A stretch of 64,000 nucleotides of DNA from contig JANLPR010000118.1 of NCBI GenBank assembly GCA_031367345.1, positions 42,708-106,707 on the forward strand, in the 5' to 3' direction. The stretch comes from Bacteroidota bacterium (GTDB taxonomy: Bacteria; Bacteroidota; Bacteroidia; AKYH767-A; 2013-40CM-41-45). The position numbers were made by a program, and so were the translations under genes. Shown here in pieces: positions 1 through 10,936 of this stretch (position 1 is its first letter; each line of letters starts with the position of its first letter). The notes under the pieces are model-generated. The model did not search any database and was not told the DNA's origin. It saw nothing but the letters and a program-made list of their open reading frames with translations.

Positions 1-1
1 T

Positions 2-297
2 CTTGGTGGCTTAGTAATCGGTCTCGATGCTTTTAAAAGGACAGATGAATATAAAAAAGGGAGGAAGATAGATGGTTTAACACCTGTACAACGTTATTTC
101 TTAGGTTATACTTTAGGGTGGCTTGGACATGCAAGAGATAAATCTTTGGCAATGCAAGTAATGACAGATGTTCACGCACCAAACTTTTTACGAGTGAATG
201 GACCAATGAGCGATATGCCTGAATTTTACGAAGCTTTTGGAATTAAAGAAGGGGACAATATGTGGAGACCTGATTCTATGAGAGTAAAAATCTGGTA
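2..297 (+). CDS. M13 family metallopeptidase (PepO/neprilysin-like), C-terminal fragment running in from upstream of the window
   Basis: Frame-2 translation ends ...HAPNFLRVNGPMSDMPEFYEAFGIKEGDNMWRPDSMRVKIW*. This matches the conserved M13 C-terminus (RVNGP..N.PEF..AF.C..G..M......RV.IW). Confidence 0.75.
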
Positions 298-319
298 GTA
301 ATAAATCACATTTAGAAGA

Positions 320-357
320 AAGCCACGATGTACTAAATACATCGTGGCTTTTTTATT
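320..357 (+). terminator. Rho-independent terminator after the M13 peptidase gene
   Basis: A perfect 12-bp stem (agccacgatgta / tacatcgtggct) with a 5-nt loop, followed by TTTTTATTT. Confidence 0.8.
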
Positions 358-400
358 TCTTAGTTCAGAAATCAACTTAACATAATAACCTGCAAAATAA

Positions 401-1099
401 CTATTGACCGAAAACCTTCAAATCAAAATCATTCATCTTTGCTAATTTAGGATTCAAATAATCTACTTTCACTTTGTAAGTACCACTTTTAACCATAATG
501 GATTGCCAATCGGACAGAGGAATGGAACTTATCTCTTTTCCTAAATCAAATACTCTCATCTTAATATTGGAATCGTCAGACTTCAATGACAGACGAATTT
601 TCTTTGCGGAAGACAACACAAAAGAATACTCTTTCGAAATCCCCGGAAATAATGTTCCATGAAATCCCGTAAGAACTATCTCATCGATATTCATTCCGAA
701 AGGTACTTTTCTATAAATACTTTGTCCCATTGAATCCGAAAGAATCATTTGCGATTCACTCAACGAATCAAGATTGTATTTTATGACGTTTTCTTTCTCA
801 TTTTGAGAATAGGAAATAACTAATAAATTTTTCCCTTCCAATTTCCAATCACCGGACAAGTCACCTCCTAAAAAATCAATTGTGCCATCGGGTTTTATAT
901 AAAAGCCAACATTCGTTAGAGATCGATTACTATCCAGACTCCATAAGCCACAAATAAATTCATTGATGAGCTGAACGTTTTCACTCTTAGTTGAAATTGT
1001 GGTTTGCTCTTTGTTTTCTTCCTTTACCGGTTGCGTACAAGCAAGAATACAACCTGTTAAAACGATTAATGGGAAATATATTTTATGGATTGCCTTCAT
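401..1099 (-). CDS. Hypothetical lipoprotein
   Basis: The N-terminus MKAIHKIYFPLIVLTGCILAC has a signal peptide and lipobox-like LTGC. No recognisable catalytic motif. Confidence 0.45.
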   Translation of the reverse strand: MKAIHKIYFPLIVLTGCILACTQPVKEENKEQTTISTKSENVQLINEFICGLWSLDSNRSLTNVGFYIKPDGTIDFLGGDLSGDWKLEGKNLLVISYSQNEKENVIKYNLDSLSESQMILSDSMGQSIYRKVPFGMNIDEIVLTGFHGTLFPGISKEYSFVLSSAKKIRLSLKSDDSNIKMRVFDLGKEISSIPLSDWQSIMVKSGTYKVKVDYLNPKLAKMNDFDLKVFGQ

Positions 1100-1129
1100 G
1101 AAATTAGTAGTTCATATCTATCTTTTTAA

Positions 1130-2146
1130 TTAATACCTTGCTAATGGAGTTACATCGAGAGAGGAGAATTGCTTTTTTAAGAATTTATAATATCCGGTGA
1201 TAGCAATCATAGCTGCATTGTCGGTACAAAATTCAAATGGAGGAATGTAAACTTCACAATTATCCATTTCAAGTTCAAGAAATGCCTTTCTTAATCCGCT
1301 GTTTGCACTTACTCCTCCTGCAAGTGCTAACTGATTAATCCCCGTTTGTGTTCTTGCCAATTTTATTTTATTCATCAGAATATCAACAATGGTTTTTTGA
1401 ACGGAAGCACAAATATCATTTAAATTATTTTTAATAAACTCCGGATCGTTTTTAGTATTCTCTTTGATGAAATAGAGTATTGCCGTTTTTAATCCACTGA
1501 AACTGAAATTTAATCCGTCTACATTTGGGTGAGTAAATTTAAATCGATCGGCATTGCCCTCTTTTGCATGTTTATCGATCAATGGTCCACCTGGATAAGC
1601 TAGCCCAAGTATTTTAGCCGTTTTGTCGAACGCTTCTCCTGCGGCATCGTCTATTGTTATTCCGATAATTTTCATTTCCAAAATAGAATCGATTTGAACA
1701 ATTTGAGTATGACCGCCCGAAACTGTAAGGCACAAAAACGGAAAAGACGGTACTCTTTTTTTACTATCGGGTTTTTGAATAAAGTGTGCAAGTATATGGC
1801 CTTGCATATGGTTTACCTCAATGATTGGAAGGTCTAAAGCCATGGCAAAAGATTTGGCAAAAGATACACCTACTAATAAAGCACCCATTAATCCCGGACC
1901 TCTTGTAAAAGCTACTGCATTAAGGTCGTTTTTAGTTATATTTGCCTTCATCAGTGCTTCTTCTATTACAGGAATAATCTTCTGTTGATGCGCTCGTGAG
2001 GCTAATTCAGGAACAACTCCACCATAAAATCGGTGTACAAGTTCCTGACCAGCAATCACATTCGACAAAACAGTATCATTGCAAATTACTGATGCAGACG
2101 TTTCATCGCATGATGATTCTATTCCTAAAATGAAGACCTTATCCAT
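1130..2146 (-). CDS. tsaD: tRNA N6-adenosine threonylcarbamoyltransferase TsaD (Kae1/Gcp)
   Basis: Starts ILGIESSCDETSASV, and carries HxxGH-type metal-binding (HMQGHILA) and GGVSAN motifs typical of TsaD. Confidence 0.9.
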   Translation of the reverse strand: MDKVFILGIESSCDETSASVICNDTVLSNVIAGQELVHRFYGGVVPELASRAHQQKIIPVIEEALMKANITKNDLNAVAFTRGPGLMGALLVGVSFAKSFAMALDLPIIEVNHMQGHILAHFIQKPDSKKRVPSFPFLCLTVSGGHTQIVQIDSILEMKIIGITIDDAAGEAFDKTAKILGLAYPGGPLIDKHAKEGNADRFKFTHPNVDGLNFSFSGLKTAILYFIKENTKNDPEFIKNNLNDICASVQKTIVDILMNKIKLARTQTGINQLALAGGVSANSGLRKAFLELEMDNCEVYIPPFEFCTDNAAMIAITGYYKFLKKQFSSLDVTPLARY

Positions 2147-2166
2147 GGTATGAATGTTGTCAAAGT

Positions 2167-5100
2167 TTGTCGTTATTAAAACCCAAAATTATCAAAAAAA
2201 TTAGACGATTTCTGTATTGGGCACTCGGACTGATTTTTCTTTTTCTGGTGTTTATCCTTTTAGTACTGAGAGCAGATAGAGTTCAAACTTTCTTTGCTCA
2301 CCGTGTTGCAGCCTATTTGTCGTCGGAGCTCAATACCGAAGTAAGTATTCAAGGGCTAAGTTTTAGACTAATAAAAAATGTTAGACTGAATGGAGTACTT
2401 ATAAAAGATCTTCATAACGATACGTTAGTTTATGCTAAGGAAATAGATGTAAACATATCCGCTTTTTCTACTCAAAAACATTTGTTAAAAATAAGCAAGC
2501 TTACTTTCAATACTGCCGTTTTTAATTTGAATAAATACAAAGGCGAGGAGCACGACAACCTTCATTTTCTTACTGAATATTTTTCTTCCAACGATACCAC
2601 AAGTTCCGCTCCTTGGAAAGTAAGTGTAAAAAATCTTTCACTTATCAATCTACGTTTTAAACGACTTGATGAAAACGATACGACAAAAGTACATGGAGTT
2701 AACTTTTCAGATTTGGCTTTGACGGGTATCAATGGCTCATTCAACAATTTTCACCAGGAAAATTCGAATTTATTTGTGAACATCGATCAGCTAAAGTTTA
2801 AAGACAAATCGGGATTTCAGCTTGAAGAGTTAAACACTGAAGCAAAAATTTCTTCACAAGAAATCATAGCCAAAAATTTACTTATTCGTTCAGCGAATAG
2901 TTTAATAAAAACCGATATATCATTTTTCTTTTCGAAATTTTCTGCATTCGATGAGTTTACTCATGAAGTACATTGGAAAACTGATTTTACTAAATCAGTT
3001 CTTTGTTTTAAAGATATAGCATATTTCACCGACGACCTCTGGGGAATGAAAGACTCACTAAAACTAGATGGAAGCTTCAGAGGAACGGTGAATCGATTTA
3101 AAGGGAAAAATGTTACTATTGAATGGGGAAAGCAATCTTATTTTAAGGGGAATATTGCAATGAATGGCCTCCCTAAAATTGAAGATACCTACATTGAATT
3201 AACAGCAGAAGCAATCAAAACGAATAAATATGATATTGAGGCAATCTCAGTTCCTCCCTTTACATCTCAAAATCATATTTTAATTCCTGAAAATCTTGAG
3301 CATCTAGGGTCAGTAACTTTTAAAGGAAAATTCAATGGATTCTATAACGACTTTGTAGCATACGGAACAATTAGTACCGACCTTGGATTGTTGTCGTCAG
3401 ATTTAAATTTGAAATACAATCGAGATACAAAACAAACAACTTACAGCGGACATTTATCAGCCTCTCAATTTAATGCTGGAGTGATCGCAAAAATACCCGA
3501 CCTTGGCAAGGTGTCGTTAAGTTTAGACATAAAAGGATCGGGACTAAAAATTGACAATTTGAATGCTTCGGTCAATGGAAACATTACAGCACTTGATTTT
3601 AAAAACTATACTTATAGAAAGATAAATGTAGATGGACAATTTTCCAAAAAATTATTCAATGGCACTTTAGCAGTAAATGAACCCAATGTTCAATTTGATT
3701 TTCTTGGGTCAATCGATTTTCGATCAAGTCTTCCTGAATTCAATTTTGTAGCCGACATCAAAAGAGCTCAACTTGATTCATTAAATTTATTTAAATTGAA
3801 TGGAAGCAACGTACTTGAAACATATATCAGTACACGTTTCATAGGAAACAAACCGGACAATATAGTAGGAGAGATCCTTGTAAAAAACACAAACTTCAAA
3901 TCCGGTAAAAAATTATATCACATCAACAATATTGACATTCATTCATCGCAAGAAAATGGAATTCGAACTGTAGATATTAACTCCGATAATTTAGATGCAC
4001 ACTGTCTTGGCATTTTCGAATTTGCGACAATAGGTGATGCTTTCAAAGAAATCATTCCACGATATTTACCATCAGTTATTCTTCCAAAAAAATCATTCCA
4101 AAGCAATCAAAATTTTACCTATGAAATCCGGTTAAAAAACGTAAACGTTATTACAGAAAACTTTTTGCCTTCATGGGATTTTGCTCCGAACACACTCATT
4201 TCAGGCCATTTCAACAGTTCTCAGTATGATTTTAATTTGAAACTCAATACGCCTTACGTTCGATTTAAAGGGTTAGTTTTGGATTCATTGTCAATTACCT
4301 CATCTACCGACCGTGATAAAATGAATCTTATTGCGAAGGCCAATCGAATTTCAGATAAAGAAAACAATTCAATCATTGAATTGCCAGTTGTAAATGCACT
4401 TACAAAGAATAATCAGATTGGTTTTAAGATTCAACTGGCAGACAAAGACACCTTCATTAACCGAGCACGATTAAACGGAAGTGTTCGTTTTGATAATGCT
4501 TCTAAGTTTAATTTGAAAATTGACAGCTCATATTTAGTGGTAGAAAATCAAGAGTGGAAACTGGACGAACTAAATTCTATTTTATTTGACTCTTCATTGA
4601 TTGATATAAATCATTTATTTTTTATGAAAGGTGCAGAATCAATTTCAGTTAGTGGAAGAATTGGTGAGAATCCGACAGATAAATTAAATGTGTCACTTTC
4701 CAATTTTGGTTTATCACATATAAATACCATTGCAAAAGCTGACAAAGATTTCCTAGGTGGAGTTATGAGTGGACAATTACAATTATCAGATGTATACCAT
4801 AAGTTGCAAATTGAATCCGATTTACAGATTAACACGCTTACAGTTAATAAAGATACAATTGGGAATATGTCTATTAACTCAACTTACGACAATGAAAAGG
4901 AAATTTTATCATCGTCAATTTCCGCAGTTAAAGGAACAGCCAAAATTATTGATATCATCGGCAATTATTATATGTCGAAAGAGAATGACAATCTCGATTA
5001 CAAAATCACATTAAATAATTTATATATCCATCCAATTGAAAAATATATTGCTGACATTTTCACAAATCTATATGGTAAAATAAACGCAGACCTACAATTG

Positions 5101-6615
5101 ACAGGGACTTTCGCAAAACCAATGTTTAATGGAAATGTAGTACTGAACAAAATGAGTTTACTTATCAATTACCTCCAGACTCATTATAGCTTTTCAACAG
5201 AAGTAAAAGTGAGTGAAAATAATTTTCTAATAAATAATTTGAAGCTTAATGATGATAATGGAAACGAAGCTGTGCTCAACGGAAAAGTTACTCATCGATT
5301 TTTTAGAGATTTTAGATTTGATGTAGAAATGAATGCAGAAAGATTCCAAGTATTGAATACAACGGCATTTGATAATTCACTTTATTATGGAATAGCGAAC
5401 GCTTCCGGTTATGCACATTTTTATGGACCATTGAATAATATGAATATGGATATCTCAATGAGTCCAAGTAAAGGCACCGTTGTGAATATTCCATTAAACA
5501 CTGCTAGTGATTTGAGTAAAAGTGAGTACATAAGTTTTATTGACAAGTCAGTTGATTCAACCTTAAAAGGAAGAAGAGGAAATCGTGTTGATCTTTCGGG
5601 TGTAAAGTTGAATATGAATTTAGATATGAATAGAAATGCATTAATCAATATTATATTTGATGAAAAAATTGGTGACGTAATTTCCGGAAGTGGAACAGGA
5701 AGTTTAAAGCTTGATATTAATACTGCAGGAAATTTTAATATGTATGGAACTTATATTATTGAAAAAGGAGATTATTTATTTACACTGCAAAATTTGATCA
5801 ACAAAAAGTTTACTATTGATCCTGGAAGTAAGATTACTTGGGCTGGAGATCCATACGAAGCCAATGTTGATATAGGCGCTGTATATATTGTAAATACATC
5901 TTCGCTCTATAATTTGCTTGCAGACAGTAGTTATAAACGAAGGATTCCTGTTGAATGTCGCTTGTTCCTTACCAATAAATTAATGAACCCTACTATTGGC
6001 TACGAAATTACAGTTAGAGGACTTGATCCAACAGCTGAAGGATTGGTTAAAACAATTCTTAATTCAGAGCAAGAAATCAATAAGCAAATGTTTGGCTTGT
6101 TGGTTCTCAATCAATTTATTCCTCAAACAGGACCTGGACAAGTTGGGCGATTAGATGCTGGAGCAGGGGCAGGAGCCAGTGCCGGTGAATTGCTGAGCAA
6201 CCAAGTGAGTAATTGGCTTGGGCAACTAAGTAAGGATGTCAATATCGGATTTAATTACCGAGCCAAAGACACCTATAGCAGCGAAGAATTTCAAGTAATT
6301 CTAAGCAAATCAATTTTAAATGACCGACTTACTTTCGAAGGAAACGTTGGATATTTAAGCAGCACGCAAAGTTATGCTACCAGTTCTGTTGTTGGTGATT
6401 TTAATGCCGAATATAAATTCAGTGAAGATGGCAGATTTAGAATAAAAGGATTTAACAGATCAAATGCCGATAATATTATTAATTATTCCCAGTCTCCATA
6501 TACTCAAGGTTTAGGTGTTTTTTATAGGAGAGATTTCAATTCTTTTTCTGAATTGATAAAAAATTGGCGAGCGAAAAACAACGAAGCCGAAAATAGTACT
6601 ACCCTCCCAAAATAA
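2167..6615 (+). CDS. tamB: TamB-like translocation/assembly module protein (AsmA/DUF490 family), 1482 aa
   Basis: One N-terminal TM helix (LYWALGLIFLFLVFILLVL), then a very long N/S/K-rich beta-rich body. The C-terminus (NVGYLSS...FRIKGFNRSNADNI) resembles the DUF490 end of TamB. Confidence 0.65.
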   Translation: MSLLKPKIIKKIRRFLYWALGLIFLFLVFILLVLRADRVQTFFAHRVAAYLSSELNTEVSIQGLSFRLIKNVRLNGVLIKDLHNDTLVYAKEIDVNISAFSTQKHLLKISKLTFNTAVFNLNKYKGEEHDNLHFLTEYFSSNDTTSSAPWKVSVKNLSLINLRFKRLDENDTTKVHGVNFSDLALTGINGSFNNFHQENSNLFVNIDQLKFKDKSGFQLEELNTEAKISSQEIIAKNLLIRSANSLIKTDISFFFSKFSAFDEFTHEVHWKTDFTKSVLCFKDIAYFTDDLWGMKDSLKLDGSFRGTVNRFKGKNVTIEWGKQSYFKGNIAMNGLPKIEDTYIELTAEAIKTNKYDIEAISVPPFTSQNHILIPENLEHLGSVTFKGKFNGFYNDFVAYGTISTDLGLLSSDLNLKYNRDTKQTTYSGHLSASQFNAGVIAKIPDLGKVSLSLDIKGSGLKIDNLNASVNGNITALDFKNYTYRKINVDGQFSKKLFNGTLAVNEPNVQFDFLGSIDFRSSLPEFNFVADIKRAQLDSLNLFKLNGSNVLETYISTRFIGNKPDNIVGEILVKNTNFKSGKKLYHINNIDIHSSQENGIRTVDINSDNLDAHCLGIFEFATIGDAFKEIIPRYLPSVILPKKSFQSNQNFTYEIRLKNVNVITENFLPSWDFAPNTLISGHFNSSQYDFNLKLNTPYVRFKGLVLDSLSITSSTDRDKMNLIAKANRISDKENNSIIELPVVNALTKNNQIGFKIQLADKDTFINRARLNGSVRFDNASKFNLKIDSSYLVVENQEWKLDELNSILFDSSLIDINHLFFMKGAESISVSGRIGENPTDKLNVSLSNFGLSHINTIAKADKDFLGGVMSGQLQLSDVYHKLQIESDLQINTLTVNKDTIGNMSINSTYDNEKEILSSSISAVKGTAKIIDIIGNYYMSKENDNLDYKITLNNLYIHPIEKYIADIFTNLYGKINADLQLTGTFAKPMFNGNVVLNKMSLLINYLQTHYSFSTEVKVSENNFLINNLKLNDDNGNEAVLNGKVTHRFFRDFRFDVEMNAERFQVLNTTAFDNSLYYGIANASGYAHFYGPLNNMNMDISMSPSKGTVVNIPLNTASDLSKSEYISFIDKSVDSTLKGRRGNRVDLSGVKLNMNLDMNRNALINIIFDEKIGDVISGSGTGSLKLDINTAGNFNMYGTYIIEKGDYLFTLQNLINKKFTIDPGSKITWAGDPYEANVDIGAVYIVNTSSLYNLLADSSYKRRIPVECRLFLTNKLMNPTIGYEITVRGLDPTAEGLVKTILNSEQEINKQMFGLLVLNQFIPQTGPGQVGRLDAGAGAGASAGELLSNQVSNWLGQLSKDVNIGFNYRAKDTYSSEEFQVILSKSILNDRLTFEGNVGYLSSTQSYATSSVVGDFNAEYKFSEDGRFRIKGFNRSNADNIINYSQSPYTQGLGVFYRRDFNSFSELIKNWRAKNNEAENSTTLPK

Positions 6616-6616
6616 C

Positions 6617-6672
6617 AAAAGATGGAAGTCTTACGGGACTTGCCATCTTTTGAAGTCAACCTTACGGGGTTG
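6617..6672 (+). terminator. Two tandem hairpins with UACG (UNCG-type) tetraloops immediately after tamB; the first is the likely terminator
   Basis: Hairpin 1 is aaaagatgg-aagtc[ttacgg]gactt-g-ccatctttt (14 bp with 1 bulge). Hairpin 2 is caacc[ttacgg]ggttg. Both loops read cUUACGGg, so each closes a U.G pair around UACG. Confidence 0.45.
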
Positions 6673-6915
6673 CAGTTAAACCATTTAATGTTTAAGTTAT
6701 GAATACAATATTAAAGCTTCAAGGAAGAAGTACTCGCTCTTTTTTCTTTCAACCTTACATATGTAACTTAAAAAAGAAATAGAATCTTTTAATTTTACTT
6801 TTCTTTGAAATTTCAACTTTTACCAAATTTTTACCTATAAAACAATGTAAGGAGTGAAGTGTTATTCTGCTATAAATGGATTTATAATAAAAATTTATCT
6901 ACCAACTAAGTTTCT

Positions 6916-6923
6916 TAACTTTG
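6916..6923 (+). promoter_or_regulatory. Bacteroidota sigma-A -7 box (TAnnTTTG) for ribBA
   Basis: TAACTTTG lies 20 nt upstream of the ribBA ATG. Confidence 0.4.
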
Positions 6924-6942
6924 TGGCCTATAATTAATCGCT

Positions 6943-8154
6943 ATGTTTAAGTTTAATACAATTGACCAAGCCATTACTGATTTGAAAAATGGTAAGGTCA
7001 TTATCGTGGTGGATGATGCAAATCGTGAAAATGAAGGCGACTTTATAACCACAGCAGAAAATTCTACTCCTGAAATAGTAAATTTCATGGCAACCCATGG
7101 AAGAGGATTGATTTGTGTAGCCTTAACAGAAGAAAGATGTGCAGAATTGAATCTGCCTCTAATGGTGAGTCAGAATACATCATCGCACGAAACACAATTC
7201 ACAGTATCGGTTGATCTTAGAGGATATGGAACAACAACCGGAATCTCAGCATCCGATAGATCAAAGACAATTAAAGCACTTATTAATCCGAATACAAAAC
7301 AAGAAGAACTCGGAAGGCCGGGACATATTTTTCCGTTGCGAGCAAAAAAGGGAGGCGTTTTAAGAAGAGCCGGACATACCGAAGCAACAATTGATTTAGC
7401 GAGACTATCAGGCTCAGCACCTGCAGGTACACTCGTTGAAATAATGAATGAGGATGGAACAATGGCTCGATTGCCTGACCTTATTCAAATTGCAGAAAAA
7501 TTTAATTTATCAATTATCTCTATAGAAGATCTCATTTCATATCGATTGCAAAAAGAGAGTTTGATTGAAAGAGAAGTATCAGTAAAACTTCCAACAATCT
7601 TTGGTGACTTTGAACTAATCGCTTACAAACAAATTACAACCGGACAAGAACATCTTGCATTGGTCAAAGGAACTTGGGCACAAGATGAACCCGTTTTAGT
7701 TCGTGTCCACTCATCATGTATTACAGGCGATATTTTCGGATCATGTAGATGCGATTGCGGACCACAACTTCATAGTGCTATGGAAATGATAGAAAAAGAA
7801 GGGAAGGGCGTTGTAGTTTATATGAATCAAGAAGGAAGAGGAATCGGATTATTAAATAAACTGAAAGCTTACAAATTACAAGAACAAGGTCTCGATACAG
7901 TAGAAGCGAATATCAAACTTGGATTTGAAAGCGATGAAAGAGATTATGGCGTTGGTGCCCAAATTATTCGTGATCTGGGAATTACTAAAATGAAATTGAT
8001 GACAAACAATCCGAAGAAAAGAGCGGGGTTAATAGGTTACGGACTAGAAATTTCTCAAGTGATTCCAATCGAAATACAAAGCAACAGTCACAACGAAAAT
8101 TATTTAATTACCAAGCGCGATAAGTTAGGACACACTATCAAAATGAAAAGTTAA
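6943..8154 (+). CDS. ribBA: Bifunctional 3,4-dihydroxy-2-butanone-4-phosphate synthase / GTP cyclohydrolase II
   Basis: The N-terminal half has the RENEGDF DHBP-synthase motif. The C-terminal half has the CxCxC zinc motif of GTP cyclohydrolase II (CRCDCGPQ). Confidence 0.9.
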   Translation: MFKFNTIDQAITDLKNGKVIIVVDDANRENEGDFITTAENSTPEIVNFMATHGRGLICVALTEERCAELNLPLMVSQNTSSHETQFTVSVDLRGYGTTTGISASDRSKTIKALINPNTKQEELGRPGHIFPLRAKKGGVLRRAGHTEATIDLARLSGSAPAGTLVEIMNEDGTMARLPDLIQIAEKFNLSIISIEDLISYRLQKESLIEREVSVKLPTIFGDFELIAYKQITTGQEHLALVKGTWAQDEPVLVRVHSSCITGDIFGSCRCDCGPQLHSAMEMIEKEGKGVVVYMNQEGRGIGLLNKLKAYKLQEQGLDTVEANIKLGFESDERDYGVGAQIIRDLGITKMKLMTNNPKKRAGLIGYGLEISQVIPIEIQSNSHNENYLITKRDKLGHTIKMKS

Positions 8155-8166
8155 TCGGAATTAGTA

Positions 8167-8862
8167 TTATTCTTTCTTTTTATCAAAAACGCTATCAGAA
8201 ATACCTTTGTTGACCAAGTAATTGTTGAGTGAAATAAAAATTTTACCTTTCTTATCTTTTACTTCTTTAGTAGGTTTTGAATTATTTATGTCGATCGTTA
8301 CACTTTTAGGAATTTTAAATTTTTTGATGTCTACTGTAAAAATCATTTTATCAGGTAGTCCAAATTCCGATTGACTTCCATAAAAATATTCGGTGAGAAT
8401 TGTTCCGTTACTCTTGGTTGTGAGTTGCGACTTAAAGACTAACATGCTTATTGGATCTATCCAAAGTCGACCAAGAATAAGATCGGTTGTGTCTGAAAAA
8501 GGGATAATGCTCACAACTTTAGTTTCAACTTTTCCTATCGTATCTGAATTTTGGAACATAGCTGAAAATGAAGTTGGATCTTGAAGTAAAGTTGTAAGCT
8601 GATCAAAACTTTGTCGAGGTAGAATAGAAATAGATTTAGAAACTATTTTGAACTTATCTTTTTGTTTGAAATAAATCTTGGCATTAATAGGAAGCATCTT
8701 TAAAAAAGGAAGATCAACTTTGATAGCTGCATCAACAGAATAATCTTTAGCTTTTATGGATTTTTTATTGATAAGTTCCAACAAAGAACTTGCAGTTATG
8801 CTTTGACAATAAGCATCATTTAAAGAAACTAAAATAGTAATTACAAAAATAAATTTCTTCAC
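8167..8862 (-). CDS. Secreted accessory protein of the ABC-2 exporter operon (LolA-like / lipoprotein-sorting-like fold suspected)
   Basis: The signal peptide is MKKFIFVITILVSLNDAYCQ. It overlaps the stop of the upstream permease by 4 nt. The LolA-like call is only a guess from size and beta-rich composition. Confidence 0.35.
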   Translation of the reverse strand: MKKFIFVITILVSLNDAYCQSITASSLLELINKKSIKAKDYSVDAAIKVDLPFLKMLPINAKIYFKQKDKFKIVSKSISILPRQSFDQLTTLLQDPTSFSAMFQNSDTIGKVETKVVSIIPFSDTTDLILGRLWIDPISMLVFKSQLTTKSNGTILTEYFYGSQSEFGLPDKMIFTVDIKKFKIPKSVTIDINNSKPTKEVKDKKGKIFISLNNYLVNKGISDSVFDKKKE

Positions 8863-9701
8863 GATAAAATATCTTTTTTATTGAATTTAACCAATGCGAT
8901 TGAAAGTAATACGATAATATGTCCGATCAATACCGTTATTGAAGTTTTGATTTGATCATAAGGAATTGGATCTTCAAAAAAACTTCTCCATGCAGCCATA
9001 TGAGTAGTGAATAAGAAGGGCTGTAGTCGCGTAAAAACAGGTACATCGAGTGTACTGATGATAGTGAGTAAGATGATCAAGCCCATAGTAGATACAATTG
9101 GCCCAATCGAATTGTCAGAGAAGCACGAAAGAGTAAGCGATAAAGTAGCAATCATAACCAAGGCTAAATAAGCAACGGCGAAACCATAAAAAAAACGGAA
9201 GCCCACTTCTTGCGCTTGAATAATTGTTAGTCCATCGCTCTTAAGCACCATCAAATCACCACTTCCAAACATTACTTTGCTTACAAATATTGCCATCACT
9301 GCCATCCATAACAATACAACTAATGTATAGATGCAACCGGCGACATATTTACTGAGCAATATTCCTGAACGTGAAATTGGTTTTGTTAGGAGTAACCGAA
9401 TTGTTCCCATGTCACCCTCACCGGAAATTAAATCGCCGGTTACAAACGCTATTAATAAGGGTATATGAATAATCAGCATTTGAAGAATAATAAACGCCAT
9501 TAAATTACCATTGAGTATATCGCCTCCGAAACTGAGCGATTGTTCGAAAGGAGCTGTGATGAAAGATATATACGTCATACCATCTACTCTCATTGCAAAG
9601 AGAATAACACTAATGATTAGCGTAATTGCTCCTAAACCAATATAGCTTCTAGGTTTAGATGCAATTTTTAAACATTCATTATAAACACTTTTTAAAAACA
9701 T
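8859..9701 (-). CDS. ABC-2 type transporter permease
   Basis: Six predicted TM helices. Its start overlaps the ATPase stop (ATGA-type coupling at 9701). Confidence 0.6.
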   Translation of the reverse strand: MFLKSVYNECLKIASKPRSYIGLGAITLIISVILFAMRVDGMTYISFITAPFEQSLSFGGDILNGNLMAFIILQMLIIHIPLLIAFVTGDLISGEGDMGTIRLLLTKPISRSGILLSKYVAGCIYTLVVLLWMAVMAIFVSKVMFGSGDLMVLKSDGLTIIQAQEVGFRFFYGFAVAYLALVMIATLSLTLSCFSDNSIGPIVSTMGLIILLTIISTLDVPVFTRLQPFLFTTHMAAWRSFFEDPIPYDQIKTSITVLIGHIIVLLSIALVKFNKKDILS

Positions 9702-10615
9702 CAGTTGTTGATTAGCTTTAGAAAATAATCTTCTAATTTCCTCTTCGATTCAATCCCATTTACTTGAATATTATTTTCACAAAACATTTTGTTTATTTGC
9801 GAGATCATTTCTTTCGATACAGATAAATAAAGTTGGTCTAATTCCGAATGATCGAGAGTAGAAGGGAAGTGCTGATTTAATAATTGAATGGCCTCAGCAC
9901 TGCGGTTAACAGAAAAAGTGACTATGAGTTTACTTTCGTCCAGTAATTCTTTTACTTCTCCTTGAACAATCACTTTTCCTTTATTAATAATAACCATTCT
10001 GTTTGCTATCAATTCTATTTCAGAGAGAATATGCGAACTCAAAACAATTGTTTTATTACGTTCGTTTTTTAATTGCAGAATAAGATTTCGAATATCAATG
10101 ATACCTTGTGGATCCAGACCGGTTGTTGGTTCATCCAAAATAATTAGTTGCGGATCATGAATCAAAGTTTGGGCTATTCCTAGACGCTGTCGCATTCCAT
10201 GTGAATAGCTGAGCACTTTATCTTTTTCTCGACCTTTCAATCCAACAAATTCAATTATTTCTTCAATCTTAGATCGACTTACTTTTTTTCCTGATACACG
10301 TGCTAAGATTTCCAGATTTTTTTGTGCTGAGAGATATTTATAAAAATCAGGTTTCTCTACGATACAACCAATTTCCGATAAAATAGCATTTCGATTTGCC
10401 CGAAGTTCTTTGTTGAAAATTTTTATTTCACCCGAAGTTGATGAGATCAATGAGAGCATGGCGCGAATCGTTGTACTTTTTCCGGCACCATTTGGACCTA
10501 AAAATCCAAAAACATCGCCTTGAAATACATCAAAGGAAATAGAAGAGAGTGCGCAAATTTTTCCATAGTATTTTACAAGATTCTTTATTTCAATAATTTT
10601 TTCCCCTGCTTGCAT
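9701..10615 (-). CDS. ABC transporter ATP-binding protein
   Basis: Walker A is GPNGAGKST, the ABC signature is LSYSHGMRQRL, and Walker B is LIILDEPT. Confidence 0.85.
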   Translation of the reverse strand: MQAGEKIIEIKNLVKYYGKICALSSISFDVFQGDVFGFLGPNGAGKSTTIRAMLSLISSTSGEIKIFNKELRANRNAILSEIGCIVEKPDFYKYLSAQKNLEILARVSGKKVSRSKIEEIIEFVGLKGREKDKVLSYSHGMRQRLGIAQTLIHDPQLIILDEPTTGLDPQGIIDIRNLILQLKNERNKTIVLSSHILSEIELIANRMVIINKGKVIVQGEVKELLDESKLIVTFSVNRSAEAIQLLNQHFPSTLDHSELDQLYLSVSKEMISQINKMFCENNIQVNGIESKRKLEDYFLKLINN

Positions 10616-10936
10616 ACGAATGAAACATCAATAATTGTTAATTGTTCAAAGATGATTGGGAACAATATTTTGCACTAAGTTAGTTTTTCGATGGTTCAAT
10701 TCTTAATGTAATTGCTTGCAATAGATGAGAATGCTAAAAAAGAATGAAATAAAAACGAAAAAAAAACGTACTTTCGCGGCAGTCAAACCTTTGCATATCC
10801 CTGACAATTGGGAAAGTGACGATTTTGAGCAGAAAAATCAATTTTAATTACGTTGGAATGCAAATAAGTGGCTTGAAAGAAATAGAATTAGTAGCATAAA
10901 AAATAAAAATTCAGTTAGTCTGACTAAGAAAATCTA

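Noticed and set aside
6620-6942. Possible FMN riboswitch in the 327-nt region upstream of ribBA
   Set aside because: I could not find the conserved FMN-aptamer core segments. The region instead holds the tamB terminator hairpins and an AT-rich promoter with a TAACTTTG box.
8393-8584. 63-aa plus-strand ORF inside the minus-strand secreted protein gene
   Set aside because: It is antisense to a well-supported signal-peptide ORF within an operon.
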